DNA of 64,000 bases, taken from Candidatus Latescibacterota bacterium. GTDB taxonomy: Bacteria; Latescibacterota; UBA2968; UBA8231. The notes under the pieces are model-generated. The model worked only from the letters and a program-made list of their open reading frames with translations, did no database searches and was not told the DNA's origin. Positions 28,885 to 37,249 of this stretch are shown in pieces; position 1 is the first letter of the stretch, and every line of letters starts with the position of its first letter. The translations under genes and the position numbers were made by a program. The DNA is taken from positions 5,280,001-5,344,000 of the forward strand of contig OZ253462.1 of assembly GCA_965261395.1 (NCBI GenBank). Reading direction: 5' to 3'.

Positions 28885-30526
28885 AAGTGCCCCGGCGCGC
28901 CTTGCCGCTTTCTTCTATCATAACCTCGTACAGATAAAGCCCCGGCACGACAACGCGACCGCTGCCATCGCGGCCGTCCCACTCGAACTGATAGGTGCGG
29001 GCGCTTCCTGTCTGCGCTAATTGGCGAACCGGCCGACCGGTCAAATCGTAAATTTTTAGCACGACTTCCCGGCCCGCTTCGATATTGCCGACGACCAAGG
29101 CAAAGCGCGCATACTCGTCGGCAAACGGCGAGAACGGGCGCGGCTGCACCTGCACTGCTCCCAAAAGCTGCAACGGCGTCCCCGCAGCCAGTACCGTCCA
29201 ACTGGTGCCCGGCATTTCCCGCCCCTGCTGCCAGTTCACGTAGCCGTCTCTGTCGCCTTGGGCCTTGTTGCCGGCCGAGAAACGCATCGCGGTCTTGTCG
29301 CGCACAAAGAGCGCCGGCCCCTCTATTTCGACGGTCGCCATTGCGCTGATTTGCTCGCTAGGTGCAAGCTCTATCAGCATCCCCTCCCGATCCGGCGTCG
29401 GGCCCCAGGTGTAGTCGTCTGTGGGCACGAGTTCTCGACCATCGACGCGCACGGCTGCTACGCGGAGCAAGGGTCCTTGTACGCGCAAGAGATCCACCCC
29501 GTAATCATCGACGCCAGCCGCGATTTCTACTCGGTAGATCAGCGTCGCTTCCTCGCCCTTGCGCAGCGCATCGGATGCGACCACCTCCCCCATGAGCTGT
29601 TGGGCGACCAAGACGGGATCATAGTCAATGGCCATGCGCTTGAGCGCCGGGCTGACAAAGGGGGCTGAGTTCGTCAGGCGAGCCCGATATGCCAACCGCG
29701 CAACCGGTTCGTCCCCGCTATAGAAAAATTTCCCGTCCGTGTGCGCCGCAACCCTTCCCCAAGGCTCCTCTGCTCCCTCTGCAGCGGCTCCGCGCACCTG
29801 CAGCTCAATGCCCGTGCGCTCCGGGCGATCTAGTTGCCAGCGGATCTGCCCTACGTTGACCGGAGTAGGCAGAGCGAAACTGTCCTCTATGAAGCCTTCG
29901 CTAACATAGCCCACGCCAAACACCTCGATTTCCCCGATAGCGACCCAATTGCTGCGGTCTTGGCGGATCAGTGTCAGCCGCACGAAGCGACCCTCGCGCG
30001 GAATCGCCGCGCCGCGCTCGTCGGTTGCGGCCCAAGTAGAATCTGCGCTCGTATCTACATTGAGGACGAAATTGTCCGGCTGCTCCGCCAAGAGGTGCCA
30101 GACTTGCGGCGCCGCTTGGGTGGCTGTTTCGAGCCTGTACCCACGCACGAAGTACTCGGGCTGGTTCAGCGCCGTCTCGCCGGCTAGCACTCGCACCCGC
30201 TTGATCGCCCGGTCCAAGCCGAGATCGACGGTAAACTGCTTGTCGAACACGTGATTGGTACCCGAAATCCACTCGCTCCGCACGAGGTCAATCGCGCCGT
30301 CGGTTAGGGGCACAGGCTTGTCAAAATCGTCTATCACCGATCGTCCTAAGGCCACGTTTACATCCTCGTCCAAATGCGCCAGAATGACGAGGCTATCTGG
30401 ATGCACCTGTACGCCTTGGGTCGTTCCCAAGGCAAATGTATCGACCGCATCCACTATCCAAGTGTTTAACTCAGCACGGCACGGACTGAATTCAAGCAAT
30501 AGCAAGAGTGCGCCCAGCTTCAGCAC
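28868..30526 (-). CDS. Secreted protein with discoidin/galactose-binding-like domain and FlgD-Ig / gliding-motility-type C-terminal domain
   Basis: FTVDLG..RAIKRVRV...GRFVRLT...IGEIEVFG; C-terminal PRPFSPF...KIYDLTGRPVRQL...WDGRDGSGRVVVPGLYLYEV...FVVAY. Confidence 0.8.
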   Translation of the reverse strand: MLKLGALLLLLEFSPCRAELNTWIVDAVDTFALGTTQGVQVHPDSLVILAHLDEDVNVALGRSVIDDFDKPVPLTDGAIDLVRSEWISGTNHVFDKQFTVDLGLDRAIKRVRVLAGETALNQPEYFVRGYRLETATQAAPQVWHLLAEQPDNFVLNVDTSADSTWAATDERGAAIPREGRFVRLTLIRQDRSNWVAIGEIEVFGVGYVSEGFIEDSFALPTPVNVGQIRWQLDRPERTGIELQVRGAAAEGAEEPWGRVAAHTDGKFFYSGDEPVARLAYRARLTNSAPFVSPALKRMAIDYDPVLVAQQLMGEVVASDALRKGEEATLIYRVEIAAGVDDYGVDLLRVQGPLLRVAAVRVDGRELVPTDDYTWGPTPDREGMLIELAPSEQISAMATVEIEGPALFVRDKTAMRFSAGNKAQGDRDGYVNWQQGREMPGTSWTVLAAGTPLQLLGAVQVQPRPFSPFADEYARFALVVGNIEAGREVVLKIYDLTGRPVRQLAQTGSARTYQFEWDGRDGSGRVVVPGLYLYEVMIEESGKARRGTFVVAY

Positions 30527-30527
30527 T

Positions 30528-31184
30528 TCAGAATAGCAGTTTCCGCGTCAGGCTGGTCACCACGGCAATCGCGAGGGCCTCCTCCAACTCCCGCGAGTTG
30601 AAGGTCATTACAATGCCGGCATCAATCGGACTTTTCTTTTTCACTTTGCCGGTTTTAAGATCCCTGACTGAAATCTCGACCTGCACTCTCTGCGTTTGCG
30701 GAGAGAATACTTTGCGCACCCGCTGACTGGTAATCACAGCCGTGCCGCTAATTTCCAAGTCGGCCTCGTCCGAGTCCGCGGCAACTAACGCGAAGGGATT
30801 ACTCACTTGTCGCACGCTGTCTCCGTCTAGCACCTCGACCCGATCCGTCTGGGTGAAGATCCGCACCTTGTCCTTGCGCAGTTCGCGCAACAAAGCCCCC
30901 GACAAATCCTCGATGCGCGAAGGCCGAGTAATCTGCACCAGTTTATTTCCCTGGCTGGCGAGGGCATTAGTAACGTACTGGGTGCCCTGGCTACTGGCCG
31001 AATTGGCGGCCCTCGGATCAACCACGTTGGCCTTGCTCTCGACCGGGAATTCCTTGACGTATATTTTGATCGGCATCGACGGCGGATTGGGCAAACTGGT
31101 GTCCCTGAGTGCCTCGTATTTCAAGGCACAGCCCGTCGAGCCGACAAGCAGCGTCACCCCGAGGTATTTGACCATCTTTTTCAT
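30528..31184 (-). CDS. Hypothetical lipoprotein
   Basis: MKKMVKYLGVTLLVGSTGC lipobox; tightly packed in operon. Confidence 0.8.
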   Translation of the reverse strand: MKKMVKYLGVTLLVGSTGCALKYEALRDTSLPNPPSMPIKIYVKEFPVESKANVVDPRAANSASSQGTQYVTNALASQGNKLVQITRPSRIEDLSGALLRELRKDKVRIFTQTDRVEVLDGDSVRQVSNPFALVAADSDEADLEISGTAVITSQRVRKVFSPQTQRVQVEISVRDLKTGKVKKKSPIDAGIVMTFNSRELEEALAIAVVTSLTRKLLF

Positions 31185-31964
31185 CTACTTATTCTCCACC
31201 CAACGCACTCCGTGATCGACATTGAAGTTGAATCTCAGATCGGTAAATTCCACTGGATTGCCGTATCCTACTTGAAATTGATCAAAGGCCAGAATGAAGT
31301 CGTTTACTTCGAGAGTGAGTGACTTCGTCTCTGCGGGCAGCGGTGGAAAGGTCAACTTGCCGCTGTATCTGGAGCCTTTGCGCACGGGCTTTTCCCGGTA
31401 GTACTCGCTCCTGGTCCAGATCGGATTGCGGTCCAAGCTGGCGTGATAGCGCACATTGCCTTCTTGTCCCCCCCACTTCAAATAGGAATAGTCGAAGAAC
31501 TCGTCCTTGTCGTACCAACCTCCTGCCCCTTGGCGACAGAGCAGTCGGCTGCCGTCGTCCAAGCGCAGAATGGTCTGCGTGGGATCTAGTTCCACCCGCT
31601 CTCGAGTGCGATTGATAACCGTCACTTCAAAAACGGTCCACAGGGGCGGCGTATAGTCCAAGCCGGAAATTTCGACTCCCGTGAGCGTATAGGGCGTGAA
31701 GCGAGGGTCGTATTCGGCGTCGAGCATGGCATCGTCGTAGAACTTGACCTTGACTTGCACCCCTTTCTCGCTCCACACGACCGAGCTGTCGATCGGGTCG
31801 ATGTAATAGGTCTCCCCATCGGGCAGGATCGGCTCCAACTTGATAAAGTACTCCCGCTGCGAATGCGATTCGAGAGATTTGATGGTAGCGCATCCTCCAG
31901 TAGCCAACGCCAAGCACAGAAGGACGTGAATGTATTTTGCGATTGGTCTCATCTGCATTCGCAC
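31185..31964 (-). CDS. Hypothetical lipoprotein (paralog of 19371-20138)
   Basis: Lipobox TGGC; IDPIDSS, YTPPLWTVFEVTVINRT..VELDP. Confidence 0.8.
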   Translation of the reverse strand: MRMQMRPIAKYIHVLLCLALATGGCATIKSLESHSQREYFIKLEPILPDGETYYIDPIDSSVVWSEKGVQVKVKFYDDAMLDAEYDPRFTPYTLTGVEISGLDYTPPLWTVFEVTVINRTRERVELDPTQTILRLDDGSRLLCRQGAGGWYDKDEFFDYSYLKWGGQEGNVRYHASLDRNPIWTRSEYYREKPVRKGSRYSGKLTFPPLPAETKSLTLEVNDFILAFDQFQVGYGNPVEFTDLRFNFNVDHGVRWVENK

Positions 31965-31965
31965 C

Positions 31966-34935
31966 TTAGAAGGGTGATATCAGCTCCACGAAGAGAATGC
32001 CCTGCTTGGAGTCGGGCCGCCCTTCATGGCTAAAGTCCCGCCGCGTGCGCTGGTAGCCGAAGAATATCGAATTGTCGCGGATGCCAAAGTAATCTGCGGT
32101 GATGCTCAGCATGGCCAGATAATCGGTCTGGCTGTACGTCCCATCTTCAAAGGCGCGATCCCAGTGCTTAAACGGCAGCAAGGGCAGCCCCTGCACACCT
32201 AGCTGAAAGCGGGTCTTGGGCGTGAGCTTGTACTGCCCCATTACGATGGGGATGAAGTCGCTGTACGATTTCCGCGGCGTATCTTCGCTGTCAACCTGCT
32301 CAAAGATCGTCCGATGCTTTAACTTAGGCGTGACGCTGAAGGCACCCCAGCTATGGGTATAGTCGATCTTGTTGACAACGGAAAAACGCGAGCGCACGTC
32401 TTGGGGCTGCAACAGCCCGCTGCCGTCTTCAAGCTCAATTTCGGCTTGGCTGTTGCGCTGCCACAGGAAGCCGTTTTCAATGTTGAAATCGCGGAAGCCC
32501 TGATAGGTGCTGTCAAAAAAGAGGAGATGCACAAAGCTGTCGCGCATCAACAGCCCGTCCGGCGTCGCCGGACGCCAAAAACCCGCACGCTCGGGCGGGC
32601 CATCAGGCTCGTTTAACCAGCTAATGACCTCGATATCGTCAATGGGCACTTGGTACACATAGGTGTGATCCGGTATGTCGTCTTTGACCTGCTTGGCATC
32701 GTAGTTAATCCTGAGTGAGCCAACACCGCGCTTTTCCAACTCATAGGCGTAGCGGAAGTAAAGCCCTTTGGATTTACCTAGGCCAGCGATCTGACTGTTG
32801 TCGTAGCGACCTATGCTGATGAACTCGCCCAAGCGCCCTAAGTGGTCGTAGCGGAGAAAGATATGCTGGCCCTTCTGATCGCGTGGATAGGGATAGTCCG
32901 GCTTATCGTCATTCTCGCGGAGGTCGGGCACGTTGTTGTTGTTGAAGTCGATGCCATAGACAAATTCGGGCGGCTCTGAATCGTAGGTTAGAAACGCCTC
33001 TTCCCAGTCAACAATGAAATTCTCGTTGCGATCCATATCTGGGATGTTATCGACGTTTTCGTCGAGGCCGGGGTACACTTGGGCGTTGGGAAAGCCCGGA
33101 TACAGCGTGCGCGGCTCGGCGGTAGCCGTATCGTCGCTATCGCTGTCGGGGAAGCGATCATGATCGTCGTTGTCCTCGTGGATGGGATACTCCTCGGTGA
33201 CTGTAGAGATTCTCTCGCCGGGAGCAGGCTGCCCATCGTAGTGGAAAGCCATGCCGCCTCGGTAGCTGTCGTAGCCGCCGCCGTAGTCTGGATCCATGCG
33301 GTATATCTCGCCGCCCAGCGCCAGACCGCTGGCTAGGTCCTTGATGCCCTTAACCCACCATGCCAAGGCGCGCTCACTACTGCGCTCGCCTTCGTTATTG
33401 CCGATCGGGAACATGAAATTTTGCAGGTTGTGCGCCACTTCGCCGCTGAGATCTAGCCCGACCAAATCAACCTGATAGTTGATCGAGGCCAAACTCTGCC
33501 CGGTGGGGATGCCATAGTCAAAAGAGACCATCCGCCGGTTGGCACCACTGCCGTCGCTGCCATCGGCGCGGATGATGGTGTAGTAGAGTTCCTCATCTTC
33601 GTCTGTGTACCATTTGAACGGACGCCGTATGGCCCGCTCACCGGCGCTGGCGATGGGAGCTGGCCAAGCCGACTCGGTGATCGCCGCGTTGCCCCGGCGA
33701 TCAATATTGAAGAAGTCGTGGGTCTGGCTGACACCGACCCGGTAGTCGCCGGCCACATCAGCGACAAAGCGCGCCGAGCGCACCGTCACGTCCGGTGGGA
33801 TAACAAAGGTGTAAACCACCGGCACCTTGCCCTCGGCCTCGCGCCCGCCGCCGGCGCGGACGGTACCGCCCTCGGGTGGCCCAGCTTCTAGCAGTGGGTC
33901 GTAATCCGGATCGTCGTCGAGGCTGGTCAGGCGCACCGGCTCTGTGTTGCGCTCACCCTCGAGGACGATGTCCACGCCATAGACAATGGCATTGGCCCGT
34001 TCGTCGTCAGGCGAATCATCGGCCACGAAGACGCGGATGGTCTTGGGGCCGAGCATCTCATAGGGCAAATCGCCGCGCCAAGCGCTGGTGCGCGACAGCG
34101 CCGGCGAAGCCATAATCTGGTTGATTAGCGTCCCACCAACGCTGGCGAATCGACCTACTTCGTGCTGATAGTGGCCGCCAAAGAGCATCACCGGTGAGTT
34201 GTCCCAAGCGTCGTCGCCTTCTTGGCCAATTGCCCATTTGGAGAATAGCTGAGCACCAGAGTGATCGCCACCGCGAGAGTACAACAGAGTCGCCCGGTCG
34301 CGCTCCTTGTAGTTGAGGTCCATGCGCAGCGCACTCATCTTGCTGTTGACCAGCGTGAGCGGCGTAAAGATGGTGCGAATATCTGTAGCACCTCCTTGTG
34401 TGCCCACGTTGCCCAACGTGGCGGTCCAGTGCAAATCCTTGTGAGTATAGTGGCCGATCCGAAACGCCCGATACTTGTGGTCGATATAGCTATACCCACT
34501 AAAATCGTTGCCACTGCGCGACTCTTCTATCGTCAGGACCCGCTGATAGCCTCCGCCCATGTAGTTGCCCATCCGATCCCAACCCACGTTGCGGGCTTTC
34601 AGAGGACGGCCCGACGGAGTGGCCCAAGCAACGGTCTCCCGGTAGTACGCAATGTACTTTTCGTCGGCGTAGTTGAGATAGGGGACGCTGATTGCAGTGT
34701 TGAGGAAAGCCCTCCCCAGTCCTCGGTCATAGCGGTCTTGGGGACCGCGTAGAAAGGGGGGGCGCTTTTTCCACGGAGGATCTTGCGGCGTGCCGGGAGT
34801 AGGATCGTAATAGGGCAGCGGACCGGCGGATTCGGGGTGGCGCTGCGCCTCTACTGGCGCGGACAGGCCAGCCCAAGCCAGCGCGAACAAGACCACCCAG
34901 CCCTTGACAACACGGCATTTTAGAAAACACAGCAT
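31966..34935 (-). CDS. Hypothetical 989-aa putative outer-membrane protein with Asp-rich loops (paralog of 25048-27972)
   Basis: Signal peptide ending VEA-Q; DNDDHDRFPD, PGLDENVDNIPD, YGIDFNNNN, PDYPYPRD; ends ...FVELISPF. Confidence 0.75.
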   Translation of the reverse strand: MLCFLKCRVVKGWVVLFALAWAGLSAPVEAQRHPESAGPLPYYDPTPGTPQDPPWKKRPPFLRGPQDRYDRGLGRAFLNTAISVPYLNYADEKYIAYYRETVAWATPSGRPLKARNVGWDRMGNYMGGGYQRVLTIEESRSGNDFSGYSYIDHKYRAFRIGHYTHKDLHWTATLGNVGTQGGATDIRTIFTPLTLVNSKMSALRMDLNYKERDRATLLYSRGGDHSGAQLFSKWAIGQEGDDAWDNSPVMLFGGHYQHEVGRFASVGGTLINQIMASPALSRTSAWRGDLPYEMLGPKTIRVFVADDSPDDERANAIVYGVDIVLEGERNTEPVRLTSLDDDPDYDPLLEAGPPEGGTVRAGGGREAEGKVPVVYTFVIPPDVTVRSARFVADVAGDYRVGVSQTHDFFNIDRRGNAAITESAWPAPIASAGERAIRRPFKWYTDEDEELYYTIIRADGSDGSGANRRMVSFDYGIPTGQSLASINYQVDLVGLDLSGEVAHNLQNFMFPIGNNEGERSSERALAWWVKGIKDLASGLALGGEIYRMDPDYGGGYDSYRGGMAFHYDGQPAPGERISTVTEEYPIHEDNDDHDRFPDSDSDDTATAEPRTLYPGFPNAQVYPGLDENVDNIPDMDRNENFIVDWEEAFLTYDSEPPEFVYGIDFNNNNVPDLRENDDKPDYPYPRDQKGQHIFLRYDHLGRLGEFISIGRYDNSQIAGLGKSKGLYFRYAYELEKRGVGSLRINYDAKQVKDDIPDHTYVYQVPIDDIEVISWLNEPDGPPERAGFWRPATPDGLLMRDSFVHLLFFDSTYQGFRDFNIENGFLWQRNSQAEIELEDGSGLLQPQDVRSRFSVVNKIDYTHSWGAFSVTPKLKHRTIFEQVDSEDTPRKSYSDFIPIVMGQYKLTPKTRFQLGVQGLPLLPFKHWDRAFEDGTYSQTDYLAMLSITADYFGIRDNSIFFGYQRTRRDFSHEGRPDSKQGILFVELISPF

Positions 34936-34989
34936 GAAAACCCCTCGCGGGTCATATCATATTGAGCAACCTGAAGATTAACGGGCGAG

Positions 34990-35019
34990 AACATAGGTTT
35001 GCCTAAGCTCGCGGGTCAA
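34990..35019 (-). promoter_or_regulatory. Possible internal sigma70 promoter
   Basis: Minus strand TTGACC-18 nt-TATGTT immediately after the terminator T-tract. Confidence 0.45.
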
Positions 35020-35020
35020 G

Positions 35021-35059
35021 AAAAAAAAACGGGAAGCAGGCGTCAAGCCCACTTCCCGT
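35021..35059 (-). terminator. Intrinsic terminator after the CBM9-like gene
   Basis: Minus strand acgggaagtgggc-ttgac-gcctgcttcccgt followed by a long T-tract. Confidence 0.85.
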
Positions 35060-35087
35060 CTTTGTAAACCTATCCAGAGGCTATTGA

Positions 35088-36047
35088 CTACTGGACGAAG
35101 GTCTCCTTTACACGGCCCCAAGAATCTTCTTCGACCGCTGCCGCTGTGCCTGTCGGGCCAGCCGGCGTATCCACAAAGACATAGTTGGCAAATTCGGACT
35201 GGTTGCCGCCCGCCCAACCCACGCACTGAATCTGGCCACCATAGGCATCTTCGCCATCGGGATCGACCGGCAGCCAAGTAAAGCCCATCTCAGAGCCAGT
35301 CGTGGGGGCTTCAAAGAGGTTCCCATTGCGCAGGAAAGTGTCCCACTCCATCCGCCCCTCGATCACGTAGTCGGCGTCGCCCTCGTCGCCAAACTCATCG
35401 CCGGCGTCGCGGAAGCCGTACTCAAAGCCCTCAATCGCATCGGGGTCGTGAACGTCCACGCGCTGGTTCTGCACGGTGGTGATGTAGCAGACGGACAGTT
35501 CGTTCGAGCCGAAAGGCACAGCCATAAAGTTGACCACATTCAGGTTGACGTACTCGCCGGTCGGGTCGCCACCCGGGTGATCTTCGTTGTTCATGTCGAG
35601 GTAGAGAGACATGGAGTCGCGCTCCCACCAAGCCCGTGCCTCACCGCCACCCTCGGTGTCGCGGACATTATCGCTAACCTCGGTGAGGTAGTATAGGGCA
35701 TCGTCGTCCCACGCCTGCAAGATCACCGAAGAGAAATCGGCGTCGGTACGGCCCTCACCAGCTACTTCGGTCTCGCCGTTTTCATTGAGCTGGTTAGCGC
35801 TTACCTCGCTGGATCCCTGCTCGATATTGCGCCAACCATATTCTTGACCGTCGAGCTGAATCTGGCTTGGCGAGCAGGGAAACTCTAGCGCACCAGTCCA
35901 CTCGTCGGCAACTGTTGCACGGTCGCCATCGAGCGTGGGCGCTTGGGTAAACTTGGGCAAGTCGAAGTAGCGTATCGGCGGCTGGGCATTGGCCAGCGTA
36001 GTAACGCAAAGGGCCGCGATCGCAGCCAAAAGAGTCAACTTCTTCAT
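35088..36047 (-). CDS. Secreted acidic CBM9/DOMON-like sugar-binding protein with C-terminal TxxAVE..WGRVK tail
   Basis: Signal peptide ANA-Q; PTLDG...EW, AWDDDALY...VSDN, WERDSMSLYLD, YVIEGRMEW; RBS aggag. Confidence 0.78.
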   Translation of the reverse strand: MKKLTLLAAIAALCVTTLANAQPPIRYFDLPKFTQAPTLDGDRATVADEWTGALEFPCSPSQIQLDGQEYGWRNIEQGSSEVSANQLNENGETEVAGEGRTDADFSSVILQAWDDDALYYLTEVSDNVRDTEGGGEARAWWERDSMSLYLDMNNEDHPGGDPTGEYVNLNVVNFMAVPFGSNELSVCYITTVQNQRVDVHDPDAIEGFEYGFRDAGDEFGDEGDADYVIEGRMEWDTFLRNGNLFEAPTTGSEMGFTWLPVDPDGEDAYGGQIQCVGWAGGNQSEFANYVFVDTPAGPTGTAAAVEEDSWGRVKETFVQ

Positions 36048-36095
36048 TACTGCATCTCCTTAGCTTAAGAAGTGGACGAACAATTTGAACGGTTC

Positions 36096-36124
36096 ATAAT
36101 AAACCCCTGCCAAAGGGTTGTCAA
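36096..36124 (-). promoter_or_regulatory. Near-consensus sigma70 promoter heading the minus-strand cluster
   Basis: TTGACA-17 nt-TATTAT with upstream T-tract. Confidence 0.8.
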
Positions 36125-36217
36125 GAAAAAAAGTTGCTCTACAAGACTGCCCAAATTATATCCTTAAGTAAGGATAAGACCACAGATTTTACACCGAGAT
36201 AGCGCATTCTTTAGCCC

Positions 36218-37249
36218 GTGAAATGTCTCCTCCTCATTGGATTGGCCTCCGTCCTATTCGGCGGCCGACCGGCCAACGCCCAGCCGCATATCTACACTAT
36301 CGGCCTAGTCTTTACCGATCTCGTCGATCAAGAGATCCTGCCTATCCACCTCGCCGAGCAACATCCCCTCTTGGTGCAGGAAATCGACCAAGCGATTAGA
36401 GACATCTTCGCCAGCTTGGGCCGCTTTCGCGCCGTGCGTTTGCAGAGTGTCGGCGAAGCCCACGATCCCGTTTATGGAGAGTGGGAATCCGTCGATTACA
36501 TCGCCCACTTCATTCTCAACAAAGCCTATAAGACATACCACAACCAAGTTATTCATTACGAAGATTTGGGTCTATTCGACGACGGAGGACCAAGCGCAGA
36601 CCGTTCTTATGAAGTTATTTCTCTGCCCGCCTTCGTCGGCCAACTCGAAGTCAAGCTAGTGGATCCGCGCCGGAGCAAGATTTTCTGGTCGGACTTGCGC
36701 GACTCTTCGGCCACTATACCTTATGACAAACAGCTATACCTTTATAATACTTGGAAGTATCCGGGTGCGTCGCATCCTGGTTTGACACGCGCTTTTTTAG
36801 CCGATCTTCTCCGTTTGCAAATGGCCAATCCCGCCACAGAACGCGCACTGAACGTCGCCGAGCGTTGGTTCGTCTCCAAGCCCAGTAGCGACCTCGCCGT
36901 TGCCCGGGAGTTGTTAAAGGGGCTGGCGGACAATCTAGCGCCCGACCTAGACGCGAATTTGCCGTTAGAGGGCCACATAGCAGCCCTATTGCCCGAGCAG
37001 AAAGGCAAACTCCACGTCCGGCTAAACATCGGTGCTCGGCACGGGCTGACGACGCGAATGCGGTTCGATGTGTGGCGGCCTAGACCATCGCAGCAGAAAG
37101 TGGGGCAAATAGAGGTGGTTGAAATGGATTCCACCACGGCTATTGCTCGGCTGCGAAAACTAGACAAGAAGCTCAAAAAACGCGGGGATGGTCTTCAGAT
37201 CCAAGACCGGGTCATTTCCCCAAAACGCCCTTCGAGGAGGTCATTATGA
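36218..37249 (+). CDS. Secreted hypothetical protein, CsgG/FlgT-like architecture
   Basis: Signal peptide ANA-Q; C-terminal LNIGARHGL...FDV...KVGQIEVVEMDSTTAIAR...LQIQDRV resembles the FlgT C-terminal domain. Confidence 0.6.
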   Translation: MKCLLLIGLASVLFGGRPANAQPHIYTIGLVFTDLVDQEILPIHLAEQHPLLVQEIDQAIRDIFASLGRFRAVRLQSVGEAHDPVYGEWESVDYIAHFILNKAYKTYHNQVIHYEDLGLFDDGGPSADRSYEVISLPAFVGQLEVKLVDPRRSKIFWSDLRDSSATIPYDKQLYLYNTWKYPGASHPGLTRAFLADLLRLQMANPATERALNVAERWFVSKPSSDLAVARELLKGLADNLAPDLDANLPLEGHIAALLPEQKGKLHVRLNIGARHGLTTRMRFDVWRPRPSQQKVGQIEVVEMDSTTAIARLRKLDKKLKKRGDGLQIQDRVISPKRPSRRSL

